A stretch of 64,000 nt of DNA from Octopus vulgaris (GCA_951406725.2 OX597814.1:224254001-224318000), one strand, 5' to 3'. Positions 26,941 to 40,441 are shown, counted from the first letter of the stretch. Notes: generated by a model from the sequence alone, not told the origin. Made by a program: numbers and translations.

Positions 26941-27139
26941 CTGTTGTAGTAAAAGGGGGAAGATATTTTCCTAAGACATACATTACAGCGCATAGCATAT
27001 TTTGTGTCTGAACCTACCCAGATGTGCAAATATTAATTCCAGATCTCGCTGTAGACGGTGAAAATAACGATTTTATTTCATTTTTTTTTGGTTACATTTT
27101 TCGCCATCTTTCAAAACATTTTCCTTTCTTATAGGTGAA

Positions 27140-27330
27140 AGCAAGTGACCTAGTGATGATCAAGGCGTTGGGTTAGCGATCGTCTGTTCATGTGTTCGAT
27201 TCTGAAACCGTAGAGCGAATGATGTCCTTCAGTAAAGTACTTCCTTTCCTGCTTTTCCAGTACACTCAGTTAAAAATTAGCACCTCTAGCATCTATGACG
27301 GACTGGTGTCCTGTGCAGGAAGGGAAATAT
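27140..27330 (+). mobile_element. Old, degenerate tRNA-derived SINE (CORE/V-like)
   Basis: B-box-like GTGTTCGATTCTG, GTCCTTCAGTAAAGTACTT and ATGACGGACTGGTGTCCTGT.CAGG. Confidence 0.45.
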
Positions 27331-27997
27331 AAACCTTGTGCTCACAGTTTTAACACATTGAAAATCCGGCAAAGTTCTGGTTTCGTTAGCCTTTCTCGAA
27401 GCAGACCTGAAATAGAAAAGTTATGAAGTGTTTAATACGTTTGCGTCCGTATGCAATCATGGGCAAATAAACATCGATTTATGTATCTGTTGTGTAGCTT
27501 CTGGTCTGCCTGGCCAAGCAAGCCTACCATCAAAAGCTCTCCTATCGTCAAAATCCCATCTCGGGGACATATGTTGAAGATGTTAGGGTGCGATTTGAAG
27601 GAAGATTTAGCTGGTATTTCTAGCAGATCAAACTACTGCATAGAGGCTTCCTCGCTGGCTCATCGATTTACTGGAAATTCTTAATCAGTTTTAGAGAAAA
27701 GATTTCATTATTCACACACGCGCGCTCGCATGTACACACATAACGATGATATGTAGCAAACAAATGAGAAGAAAATATCATTATTATACATGGCTCTTTT
27801 ATTTTCATTGTTACAATGTATGACACAACCTGGAACTGTTGCTACGCTCTAATTATTCGCCGTTCTGTTATCCACCCTGTAGTTAGTTAAAGTCATCATT
27901 TGTTGACTGCTAGAAGACTGGAGGAAAAAACGAGAAGAAGAAAGAGTAAGGCAGTCTACCTTTCTGGGCTGACAAGTCGATAAGTGAAATTATATAT

Positions 27998-28230
27998 GGC
28001 GGCGAGCTGGCAGAAATGCTAGCACGCCGGACGAAATGCCTAGCGGTATTTCGTCTGCCATTACGTTCTGAGTTCAAATTCCGCCGAGGTCGACTTTGCC
28101 TTTCATCCTTTCGGGGTCGATAAATTAAGTAACTGTTACGCACTGGGGTCGATGTAATCGACTTAATCCCTTTGCCTATCCTTGTTTGTCCCCTCTACGT
28201 TTAGCCCCTTGTGGGCAATAAAGAAATAAG
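27998..28230 (+). mobile_element. SINE family A, full length
   Basis: GGCGGCGAGCTGGCAGAAATG head, GAGTTCAAATTCC B box, AATAAAGAAATAAG tail; approximate target duplication GTGAAA. Confidence 0.9.
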
Positions 28231-28344
28231 GGTGAAAGTTGTATTGCTGTGCGATGACAATCTATAAGTGAAGGGAGAGAAATAGATGCTCTTCGGCTTG
28301 GCGTCAAGACACCTAAGAAACAGAACTGATTTTGGGTTCTGTAT

Positions 28345-28375
<31 letters not shown>

Positions 28376-28859
28376 CTAAATTAGGTCAGACTTTCCGTCT
28401 CTTATCTGCCTGAACCCTATTTAATCTAATAATATTAATTTAAACAATAGAATTCAACCAAGTGTTGATTCGGTTTCGAATCTTGGTTTCGAATCTAAGA
28501 AGCTATTTGTTACACAGGTACACACACACACATACACACAGACATGCATTGGTTAAGAGTATAGGGCGGGCGATTAGAAAACACTTTGAAAGCGTAGGGA
28601 GAAAGTCTTTGCGTTGTTTTCAGCTGCGGCTTTTTATTCTCACAAGGCCTTCGCTTGTATGGCAAACTCGTTTTTCTCTAAGTCCACAAAATGGCGTCTT
28701 CTAAAAAAAAAAAAAATACTACTACGGGAAACCACCTTAGCCTTTCTCCCACGAAAATTACTCGCAGCTACACGATGTCAACAAAGTAATGAGGAGTCCT
28801 TCGACGACCTGATGGCGCAAAGATTATTTGTGATTTCATGTATATCTGTATGCATATGT

Positions 28860-29229
28860 ATGTGTGAATTGTGTATGTGTGCGCATGTATGTGTGTTTGT
28901 GTGTGTGTATGTGTGTGTGTGTATGTGGGTGTATGTGTGCGCATGTATGTGTGTATATATGTGTGTGTGTGTATGTGTGTGTGTGTGTGTGTGTATGTGT
29001 GTGTGTGTATGAGGGTGTATGTGTGCGCATGTATGTGTGTATATATGTGTGTGTGTGTATGTGTGTGTGTGTGTGTGTGTATGTGTGTGTGTGTGAGCGC
29101 ATGTATGTGTGTATGTGTGTGTGTATGTGTGTGTATGTATGTATGTGTGTGTGTGTGTATGTATGTGTGTGTGTGTGTGTGTATGTGTGTGTGTGTGTAT
29201 GTGGGTGTGTGTGAGCGCATGTATGTGTG

Positions 29230-29273
<44 letters not shown>

Positions 29274-29542
29274 TGTGTGAGCGCATGTATGTGTGTATGT
29301 GTGTGTGTATGTGTGTGTATGTATGTATGTGTGTGTGTGAGCGTATGTATGTGTGTATGTGTGTGTGTATGTGTGTGTGTGTGTGTGTGGGTGTGTGTGA
29401 GCGCATGTATGTGTGTATATATGTGTGTGTGTGTATGTGTGTGTGTGTGTGTGTGTATGTGGGTGTGTGTGAGCGCATGTATGTGTGTATGTGTGTGTGT
29501 ATGTGTGTGTATGTATGTATGTGTGTGTGAGCGTATGTATGT

Positions 29543-29597
<55 letters not shown>

Positions 29598-29604
29598 TGT
29601 GAGC
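28860..29604. repeat. GT-rich compound minisatellite with recurring GCGCATGTATGTGTGT anchor
   Basis: The anchor recurs about 10 times at roughly 60-120 bp spacing. Confidence 0.9.
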
Positions 29605-30253
29605 GAGCTTGAGAATATATTCATTGCATGGAGTTGAGTGTGTTTAGGCATTTAAAGTATGGCGGAAACACATTCATTAAATACACCGGAAATAAGGGTA
29701 TTCGATTACCAACATTTAAAAGTCAAATAGTAATAGTAATATTAACCACCACTACCACCACACTCACTTTCACTAACACCTTCATCGCCATCTCATCTCT
29801 ACCGCCACCACCACCACCACCACCAAAACCACCAACACCACTACCATTCATAATCACCAATACTACTACTATAACAATCGCCATCACCACCGCTACCCAC
29901 AGATACACACAATAAGCAAATGCCACGATAACAAAACAAAATAGAGCGATAACGTCGCTAACAGTACAACAACTATCTTCTACTTATTGTTAAACATCAA
30001 CCATGCAATTAGCCAGAACAAGCAAAGCATGAACCTATGAACAAGCGAACGCTTACAGAAAAAAGAACGAAATAATGAAAGAATAAATTAATAAGTGAAC
30101 GCTATAAATAAGCGACGAATAGATAAAAATCAGACGTGAAGAAATGATTGGTGGAAAAGTTGTTAAAATGTTTTGTGGCGGCCATTGAATTGGATGAAAA
30201 CAGATCTCGTTGTATATATATATATATACATGTCACAGCCGTGCTCACTCATC

Positions 30254-30471
<218 letters not shown>

Positions 30472-30706
30472 GTATGTATGTATATACATACATTTATATG
30501 GAAAGAAAGTGAGGAGGAAAAATACCTAAGAAAGGTGAGACAGAAAGAGATAATGGAAAAAAAATATACGCCCACACTCGCAAAGATATACACTGAAGTA
30601 CGCATGTAATTATATTAGATTTTGTAAGAAATAATCAGGAACAGAATACCGAAACGCGTGCACGGGCGAGCGCACAGACACACACAGATACACACACACA
30701 CACACA

Positions 30707-30803
<97 letters not shown>

Positions 30804-31423
30804 ACGTATATAAGTTATGCACGTCTAAGTGAAATATTAAACGGAAATACAAAATAGTGTTGCAATCAAGATGTGGAAAACTTAAGTTTAGGGAACAATT
30901 AGAGAATAATAAAACTTGATGAAACAACCATAGACATAAATCTCCCGTCGTAGATGATGATTTAAGTTCCGTGAAAGCAGCATATTAACAACAGTATCGC
31001 TCGCTTCAGTGTGCAAGTAGATTTAAAGAAAAAACTTTATGAGGAAAAGATGTAGTGAACAAAGTATACATACGTGCATGCACTCAATAAAAGGTAAGCA
31101 CCACAGACCTGATCTAGGATATGGAAGAGAAACTGCACAGTTGTGAAAATTAGCTGCCCAGCGTATGTTAACATAAAACTGAATATCGTTGCAAAAGAGA
31201 ACACCTACGCTGAACTATTGAGAAATCTACAGTTACTCTATCCAGATTACAACTTCAGGTTTATATCTGTAATTATTAGGGACTTGGGATATGTAACACA
31301 CTGCCTATAGACTAATATTGAGAAATAAGGCTTCTGAAAACCAGCTTCTGAAAAATAGAAATCTGCACATACATACATACATACATACATACATACATAC
31401 ATACATACATACATACATACATA

Positions 31424-31975
31424 CATGGTGGCTACCCCCTCGTTATCGAGTATGGCCATTGCGCGAACCTTAATCAATGTTGTTATCGTGCAATGCTTGT
31501 GCAAGATTTTTTTTAAGTGAGGAAAGGCTGTGCACTGAGTCAATCCCACTCACTAAGCAACAGCAGCCATAATCCGAAAAGAAGAACAAGTCAACATCAT
31601 CGGTAACTACTGAGCCGCAGGTTTTATGTCGGAGTTATCCCAGTTACCTTAGTTACCTTCTCCCAGAAGGATGCCCTAACAAAGGCTAGGAGTCCTTCAC
31701 TCCCAATGGTTTAACTGCGCGATTGGGTATTCAGTCCGATTATTTCTATGTCCCCGCGCATGATACAGCCTTAAGACATTTATTGGATGGCCGTTGACTC
31801 TCAAGAGTTCCTCTGCTCTTTGACGGGTTTTGTTTTTCATCCCACGGGGTGTCCAATAAGCACCCTCCTCACCAAGCAAGCTTGGTGGAGTTGTCGGTTT
31901 AGTCGCCGACGACCCGACCATGCAACAGGTTGTACTGGGTTACATGTTACCAGTAGCACTCGAAAGTGACCTGAC
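31424..31975 (-). mobile_element. Non-autonomous RTE-derived retroposon inserted in (CATA)n
   Basis: GC-rich 550-bp island flanked by (CATA)n on both sides; minus strand carries TAGGGCATCCTTCTGGGAGAAGGTAACT and GTGCACAGCCTTTCCTCACT, similar to RTE 5' UTR motifs; no long ORF. Confidence 0.6.
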
Positions 31976-32002
31976 ACATACATACATACATACATACATA
32001 CA

Positions 32003-32034
<32 letters not shown>

Positions 32035-32988
32035 ATAATACCTTGTTGTTGATATTGAAATTCCAACGAAAGAGCCTTGAATCTAGCTTAGAAACCTGCT
32101 GTTTCTCTATTGGCAAGAAATCTTGAAAAAAACCTGAACAATGACATACATACATACACATAAATGATATGAAAATCAATCTATAGGATACTCAACATTT
32201 TAAACTCTTCATCAGATAACGTTTAATAAAAAGTGCAGCGAAAAGTCAACCATGGAAAAAAAACTATTGCCGTATCAGTAACGTATCTAATTATGTTTTA
32301 TTTTATCTGAAAATATTTTAATTTATCTCATTTTACACTGTAAATGCTTGTATTTTTTCTATAAACAACTTCTTTTAGCTATTTAGTAGATGGGAGGAGA
32401 TTAATATCTTTGTGTAATATGTTTAGAAAAAGCACAAACAGAGCAAATAATCATATTGCTCAATATTAATTTAAACTTGAATAACAGCACATTAAATGAA
32501 ATTAATGACCGTTGCTAAAGAGCGAGGATCTTTATCAAACGATGCGCGTTGTGCACTTCAGAAATGTATGGAAGTTTGTATTGTTAGTTCCTTTACTTTA
32601 TCAACTCTCCGAGCTAATTTACATACTCATTTACATAAGATACAGTTTCTATGATGAGTTTTCTCTTAGAAATAAATCTGTATAGTGTGCGAGGTCATAT
32701 ACAAAGGGATGTTGAAAAGAAAAGACAGGAGGATCAGTTAATTATGATTTTATTCGACATAGCCCTCCCCCCCATCCCCCTTAGATTCACACACTTATTG
32801 CAGTGATACGTATAGATACAAAGATCGTGATTCTGGTTGTACGCCATTTTAGTTGACATATTAAATAAGGTTTTATTATGAATCAATGAGAAATAAGTAA
32901 TTCTTTTATTTTCTTGGGCATTCCTAGACAGACGATTCATTGTCTGTGTAGGACGGTTCATTCAAATAGAGTACACACACACACACAC

Positions 32989-33078
<90 letters not shown>

Positions 33079-33126
33079 ACATACATACATACATACATAC
33101 ATACATACTTATATATATGTATATGT

Positions 33127-33336
33127 TTGTGTGTCTGTGTTTGTCCCCCTAGCATTGCTTGACAACCGATGCTGGTGTGTTTACGTCCCCGTCACTAGCG
33201 GTTCGGAAAAAGAGACCGATAGAATAAGTACTGGGCTTACAAAGAATAAGTCCCGGGGTCGATTTGCTCGACTAAAGGCGGTGCTCCAGCATGGCCGCAG
33301 TCAAATGACTGAAACAATTAAAAGAGTAAAAGAGAG
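33127..33336 (+). mobile_element. SINE family B, 3' half
   Basis: GCTTGACAACCGATGCTGGTGTG...GGTGCTCCAGCATGGCCGCAGTCAAATGACTGAAAC. Confidence 0.85.
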
Positions 33337-33923
33337 TATATATATATACATACACACACACACACACACACCCCCACCACATATATATATATACATATAT
33401 ACACACCGCATATCGGACTGCAGATTTTGGTTAATCTTTATCTTTCTTCACTTTGTTCTTGCAAACCCTTTCACGCTTTCCGTCGAACGAGATCTCCCCA
33501 CTGATGAAAGAGTCTACTCTGTAGTCAGGAATTACCAATGCTTCACAATGAATACAGCTTTCTTACATTTCAGTTTCGAAACTAAATTTCACATTACCAG
33601 TTGTTTTGTGTCTTACCTATAACTAAAGCCTATAAAATACTTATCAGTGGGATAGTAGCAGCGTCAAAGCAATTATTTTATTAGTTACGAAACAATGATG
33701 ACTCTCGCAGGCCCAGTTGATTTTCAGCTTGAAAAACGAGGTTGGAAAGGAAATTCCAGACGGTTACAGTTCTGTGACTGAAGGATTGGCTAAAATGTTG
33801 AGTGTAGAATATAGAAGTGACGTATTAGAGAAATACTGCAAAAAAAATGGAGAAACGAATTTGTTCACAGAAGCAGAGATCATTGCTGTGAAAAGCTTGT
33901 TTTAGTTTCAGCCAGTTGTGCGC

Positions 33924-33979
<56 letters not shown>

Positions 33980-35304
33980 TAGTAGTAGTAGTAGTAGTAG
34001 TAGTTGCTGTACTGTTCTTTACAAGTGAGCATTATTACATTGTCAGTATCACATGAGCTTTGTAATGTTAGTAAATGATCAATAGTGTGAAAGGTAAGCT
34101 CGACCCTGAGATATAATACTACGCTTATGATACGAAAATATCAATGAGAGGATAAACAAAGCTTGTGAAAACTAGAATTTTATGAATTTACTGTGTATAG
34201 GGAAAGCATAGGTGCAATATGTCACAACTGAGTTATGATGCTGTTGAAAAAGACTAAATCGTTATGTTAACATTGAAAGGACTTTTTGAGCTCTTTGCTA
34301 ATGTAAGACGTAGAGATCTGGAGTATAATGCCTTGTGTGAATAACGCGTAAGTTTAAGAAGTGCCGGATAGTATCAACTGTATTTAGATTATGTGTTTGG
34401 TTAGAAGTAACAATAAGGAAGTCATTAATGTACAGAAGGAAGAATGTGAGACAGCCAAACCTTGATGCCTTAGAATGTGAGACGCATCAGCGCACACAGC
34501 AATTACTCTGTTGTACAGGAAACATCTGATCAAAGAGATAAGCTCAAACGTGGGAAACTTAGATTTTACTCATACCATACACAGTCGAAGGTTTTCCTAG
34601 TGTCATAGGCAAAACTTCAACCGATATTCTAAAGGGCAAGTATACAGCAAATGGTGCCAGTGGCCAACGAGAAATGTGTGAGAGTCTGAAGGTTATGAAC
34701 GAGATGGTTCTTTACAACTGCTCCCATTACATTTTAGAAATTGGAAGTTAGTGTGATTGGTTGATAGTTAGTTCAGACAGGTACAAAAGGGATTGAATGT
34801 TGGGAGATTCTGCGTTGATCAGGTGTAGAACTACTGAAGACTGTCAAACGATGACATTTATTAATCATGATAATACCGGTAGTTAGGAGAGTTAAACGTT
34901 ATTATTAAGCAAAAACAAGGTCAGCAGGTGAAAAGTAAAAATCGAAGTAGGTTAACGCACAAGAAACTCAATTGATTAAAACTGGAGATGCTAAGTGAGG
35001 ATATCAAATAACGAAGACTATTATGAATTTTCATTTCCATTCAGAAGAGGAAACACCAACAGTGTCCGATTAATGGGAGAGTGAAATGGTAGTCGTTTTG
35101 TGGAGTGAGGCCACCGAGAATGCTGATTTCAGATGGAAGTGAGTTCAGTTAGATTATTTGAAGGCAAGATGATAGATAATGAAAGAAATGTTAGTAGTTA
35201 AATGAGACGTATAGAGATCAAATGAACAGGAAGTTTCTTCATCAAGTTCCTTTATGAAAGATGGTACTGTTAACAAACGATGGAAACCTTTATTTTCTTT
35301 AATA

Positions 35305-35817
35305 TCTATATAATAACCCGCTTGTTCGTTCGCCCGTTATACTCTAGTTAGTTAGAAAAGTGGAGGTGGAGTGAGTGAAAGGTGGAGTAAAAATGTGTGT
35401 GTGAGAGAGGTGGGGGGAGAAATGTGAGTAGAGAAGAAAGAAGAGAGGAGTATGATAATACACTAAGGCCAAATGCATCATGGGGTTAGTTTAAAGGAGG
35501 AGCGAAGAGCGAGAGCGAAAGGTGAGAGAAAAGTGGAGAAGAGAAATTTTAATGATGTGCTGTAGGGTGGGGAGGGAAAGGTGAAGAGAAAGAGAGAAAT
35601 GTTAAAGACATGAAGATGGGAATTACATGGTTAAAATGTTTGTTGAAGAGGTAGAGAGAAAGAGAGAAATATAAAGTGTTTGGTGGAGGGAAATTTTGGA
35701 AAATCCTACATGTTATTGTGAATGGAAGTGAAATAACTTAGCAAAATAAAAATAAAAATCATCCTTTCTTTCTTAAATATCTTCTCTTAATCCTTTTCGT
35801 TCCGCAGGTCCCACTAG
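35305..35817 (+). mobile_element. Probable non-autonomous Helitron
   Basis: A|TCTATATAATAA 5' end and CTAG|T 3' end; the subterminal hairpin is degenerate. Confidence 0.5.
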
Positions 35818-36487
35818 TAATTCTATAATTCTATAACTATGCTGTTTTAAGGTAATGAGGACATCCTTTGAAGTCATTCTTACTTTTTTCTTTAAATAAA
35901 AAATAAATAGGTGTTACTTTTAACATGATAAAAAATCAAGCTTATAACCGATTCAATGAACAATGATATCTCGTTTCTCAAGGGACACACAGCTTACACG
36001 TCAATAAGAAATATATTCTCTTCATTCAAAACATTTCTCTGCTTATTTTTTTATTTTTTTTTCACTGTTTGAGAAGAATAGATAAATTTTATTCTTAGTC
36101 ACTGCAGAAATTGAAACTACTTTGTTATAGGTCCTGTTCGAAACTTCAGAGGAAAGCGGCAAAGTCTTCGTTGAATAATGTCTTCGACCCATTTTCCCCC
36201 AATTCATTGTATGAATGAATCTATGAAACTTCGTTTACATAAGGACACATAGAAAGCAATGAACATCTGAAACTTCCATTTGCTCATCCCCCAAAAAATA
36301 GATCTTCTGTCTTATATACACAAACAACAAGCGTCGAAATGTGGGGTAAAATTACCCCAAATTCCCACCACTAGGATTATAAAGGCTTTACCGGGAGTCA
36401 GAGTATCACAGACACATACACAGTCATAGGACAAACACAAAAATACACACATACATTGAGAGAGAGAGAGAGAAGAGAAAAAGAGAT

Positions 36488-36538
<51 letters not shown>

Positions 36539-36952
36539 CATATATACACACATATGCATTCGTAGATACATGTATGTGTGTAACTAATGTATATATGTTT
36601 ATATGAATGTATGTATTGTGTGTATATATATATACATACATACATACATACACACACACACATATATATATATATACACACCCATGTGTGTGTGTGTGTG
36701 TGTATTTTATGTCAAGAATTTAAGAAACGTACGAGAGAACTTGAAATAATTCCACTATGGGATAGTGACTCTTGAGGATCGCATGACATGTAAATGTTGG
36801 GTCGAAACCCACCCCCCTTGAATGAAAAAAACTGAACGACTTTTTCTGTCCAAAAGGGCTTTTCAACCCAGTATTTACATAGTATTATTTATAGCTACAT
36901 GTGAACTTCGAATACCACTATTCCCGAAAAGATCTGCCCGTTTATCTGACTG

Positions 36953-37023
<71 letters not shown>

Positions 37024-37064
37024 GTGTGTATGTATGTATGTATGTATGTATGTATGTATATATA

Positions 37065-37141
<77 letters not shown>

Positions 37142-37143
<2 letters not shown>

Positions 37144-37345
37144 CTTTATTCTTTTAACTGTTTCAGTCATTTTACTACGGCCATGCTGGAGCACCGCCTT
37201 TAGTCGAGCAAATCGACCACGGGACTTATTCTTTGTAAGCCCAGTACTTATTCTATCGGTCTCTTTTGCCGAACCGCTAAGTGACGGGGCCGTAAACACA
37301 CCAGCATCGGTTGTCAAGCAATGCTAGGGGGACAAACACACAAAC
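37142..37345 (-). mobile_element. SINE family B, 3' half
   Basis: Reverse complement of the 33127 copy. Confidence 0.85.
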
Positions 37346-37355
37346 ACACACACAT

Positions 37356-37415
<60 letters not shown>

Positions 37416-37512
37416 GCACGTACACGCACATACACACATACACACACACATATATGCTCATATATATATATATATATAGATAGATACATATGTATGCACA
37501 CACATATACACA

Positions 37513-37990
37513 CAGGCGGCAGAGTTAAATCTAAGGCCTTGTGGAAAGAAGTAAGGAGGCATCACATGTCCTTCGTTTCGGACAATCCCTAAAACCATGA
37601 CAGTTGCAGAACATTTTGTATGCATGACACTCGGAATTTCAGAAGGGTCTGCACATAATCATCTGTCATTTCTTCTGTTAACATTTTGATCTTGGTCGAG
37701 GTTTATATCAATAGAAGAAAACCGAATCAAATCCTCTGCTGGATTTTTCAGTTTGTTTAAGAAGCTTTTAGATCTGATGTAGTGATTTTATTTTGTTTTT
37801 TCCCTGACAAATTGACCTATCCTCATCATAAAAGACTTATATCTGATGTCGTCGTGGACAACATTTCTGACTGCTCCTTCTGACACATGGAGATCTTTTG
37901 CAATTAAACTCATGGACTATCTGGGACTATAGTCAATAGTCTGTTGAACTTGCTGGATAAATTCAGTGTTCTGATGATTTCAGAGCATTT
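37513..37990 (-). pseudogene. maT / DD37D-type transposase fragment
   Basis: Manual translation: IAKDLHVSEGAVRNVVHDDIRYKSF...LNKLKNP...LDQDQNVNRRNDR*LCADPSEIPSVMHTKCSATVMVLGIVRNEGHVMPPYFFPQGLRFNSAA; not in the ORF track because of stops. Confidence 0.8.
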
Positions 37991-37993
37991 AGA

Positions 37994-38261
37994 ATGCTTT
38001 TTATGGTTCGTAGTTTACAGAATCATTTGGGGGACATAACTTTCACAAGGCAGGAGGAGGTCGAAACTGACATTTCAGAGTTCTTCGCTTTGAAACCAAA
38101 AGAGTTTTACAATGATGGGATTAAAAAGCTTGTAAATAGATGGAAGGAAGTCATAGATAATCAGGGAAAGTACATTGATGACTAAATGTCAATTAAATAT
38201 AACATTTGATGACTTGTTTTCTTTATTCAAAATTCGGACAGAACTTATGGGATGACCTGAT
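37994..38261 (+). mobile_element. mariner transposon 3' end with TIR
   Basis: RSLQNHLGDITFTRQEEVETDISEFFALKPKEFYNDGIKKLVNRWKEVIDNQGKYIDD*; TIR-like CAGAACTTATGGGATGACCTGA|TA. Confidence 0.88.
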
Positions 38262-38382
38262 AGTTTGACGCTTGAGAAGAATGGATAAGTCGTTTACATT
38301 TCGAGACTGCGCTCTTCGACAGGAAGGATTAAGAGGAAAAAAGGAAAGATAAAAAATGTGTAGGGAATAACGGTTCAAAATG

Positions 38383-38414
<32 letters not shown>

Positions 38415-38420
<6 letters not shown>

Positions 38421-38726
38421 AAAAAGGGACAGGCAACAGGTTGCTTGACCGCACACCGAAAAATGCTTATTTCTAATTTCCACAAATGGGGCTCCAGGCA
38501 CGACAAACCCTGTAATTCACATATGCAAAACAGAAGGAATAGATATTCGAAAACGAAGTCTGGTGGTTATCTGTGAACATCATGTTTCTGGATTATAAAC
38601 ATATTGAATATATATTTCATATATACTTTTGATATATATTTCATATATATTGCATTTTTGACTGCTATTTCTACTTTTTTCGGTATGCGGTCAAGCAACC
38701 TGTTGCCTGTCCCTTTTTCTTATATA
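38415..38726. repeat. Inverted-repeat-bounded element in (TA)n
   Basis: TAAGAAAAAGGGACAGGCAACAGGTTGCTTGACCGCACACCGAAAAA and its reverse complement at 38676-38724, with one mismatch seen. Confidence 0.85.
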
Positions 38727-38987
38727 CAATATATATACTGAACTTTACAGAAGTTCCTGCCGGTAATCGGCTATATTTACATACCGAATTCTACCAGTAA
38801 ATAATTGTGGTCTTTTTTTAAAAACCATTATAGAAATTATTTACCCTTATTATTATATATATATATATATATATATAATCAAAATGAGGGTGAAAAATTG
38901 GATATTAATTTGATAACATCAATTTTAACACCAGTAGTCTAGCATATAAAAAAAACTAAGATTCGGTAAATAGTATTTCATACATAA

Positions 38988-39464
38988 ATATAAGAGGGAA
39001 TTTTTTAACCACTATGTGGAACCCCTTATGCTAGAAGATCCGCTATGGTCTCAACCATTAAGAATTGTTCTCCAGAAAATTTAGCTCACCAGAAACGTAA
39101 GCGAGCAAGACAAATGAAAAATAACAAAAATATAGATTCATCACAAACAATTGTTTCACTATCTACGTAATTTCGCCTAAACGAAGACTTTTGAAAATAA
39201 CCGCAAATATAATAGGTGGAACTACATGCATTTTCGACCTCGTGTTGATATCTTACAGATAAATTGTGTAAGTAAAATTACGTAATTTATTGATAGTGAA
39301 ACAATTGTTTGTGATTAATCTATATTTTTGTTATTTTTCGTTTGTCTTGCTCGCTTACGTTTCTGGTGGGCTAAATTTTCTAGAGACCAATTCTTAATGG
39401 TTGAGACCATAGCGGATCTTCTTCTAGCATAAGGGGATCCACATAGTGGTTAAAAATTTCCCTG

Positions 39465-39470
<6 letters not shown>
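38988..39470. repeat. Long inverted repeat (about 175-bp arms, about 130-bp spacer) abutting (TA)n
   Basis: Left arm 38988-39163 is the reverse complement of 39292-39470, with scattered mismatches and a 3-nt indel. Confidence 0.9.
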
Positions 39471-39547
<77 letters not shown>

Positions 39548-39854
39548 CTACACCGCAAGAATAATAAACCGACTCATTGATTAATATTGCATTGCATCAG
39601 CTTATTTATACACAATGTCACGTGTCTAATGACAATTCCTTAAGCAAAAGCCCGGGATCTATGTGACAGTTGCCTACTCTTCTCTACGGGTATCGTCAAA
39701 CAGTCTCATCCACTAACAGAACCCTGTGACATTTGCCACAGCTCATAGTTTCAAAGACACTCTGCTCATTAGCATACTAGAATACTTGCATTTAATTTGG
39801 GATATGGAACGAAAACAATTGTACGTATTGCACCCACATATCAATCTTGATAGC

Positions 39855-40402
39855 TATGTTTATAAAACAAGGGCTGCGCGCGCGCGTGTGTGTGTGTGTA
39901 GTACGTATGCATTTCTACAGTTTCAACCGATTTTCACCAAACTTTACACGCACATTACTTATGCGCCAAGGATGGTCATGCACTATAACATTTTGCCCAG
40001 AGCTCCCGCGTAAAGCGAGAAACCAGGGGTGGGAAGTGTTTTACACGAGGTTTTCTCTAAAAACTTCTGCAGTTTTCAACCGATTCTCAACCTTCTCTCT
40101 TTCTCTCTGTGCTTATTTCTCTCTTCTCTCTTTTTCTGTTTCTCTTGCTTACACATATTCTCTCTCACCTTCTGTAATAGTTCCTGTATTTTAGTCTATG
40201 TCTGTTTCTTTCATTCTCTCTCTGTCTCTCTCTGTCTCTGTCTCTCTGTCTCTGTCTCTCCGTCTGTCTGTCTCTGTCTCTCTCTGTCTCTCTGTCTCTC
40301 TCTGTCTCTGTCTCTCTGTCTGTCTCTCTGTCTGTCTCTCTGTCTGTCTCTCTCTGTCTCTCTCTGTCTCTCTCTGTCTCTGTCTCTCTGTCTCTCTGTC
40401 TC

Positions 40403-40441
<39 letters not shown>

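Noticed and set aside
27998-28090. tRNA gene
   Set aside because: A and B boxes belong to a SINE head; there is no proper cloverleaf, and SINE body and tail follow.
28860-29604. CRISPR-like repeat-spacer array
   Set aside because: The spacers are GT microsatellite, the context is eukaryotic, and there are no cas genes.
34400-35200. Old LINE ORF2 relic on the minus strand
   Set aside because: Only faint motif resemblance; too decayed to support without a profile search.
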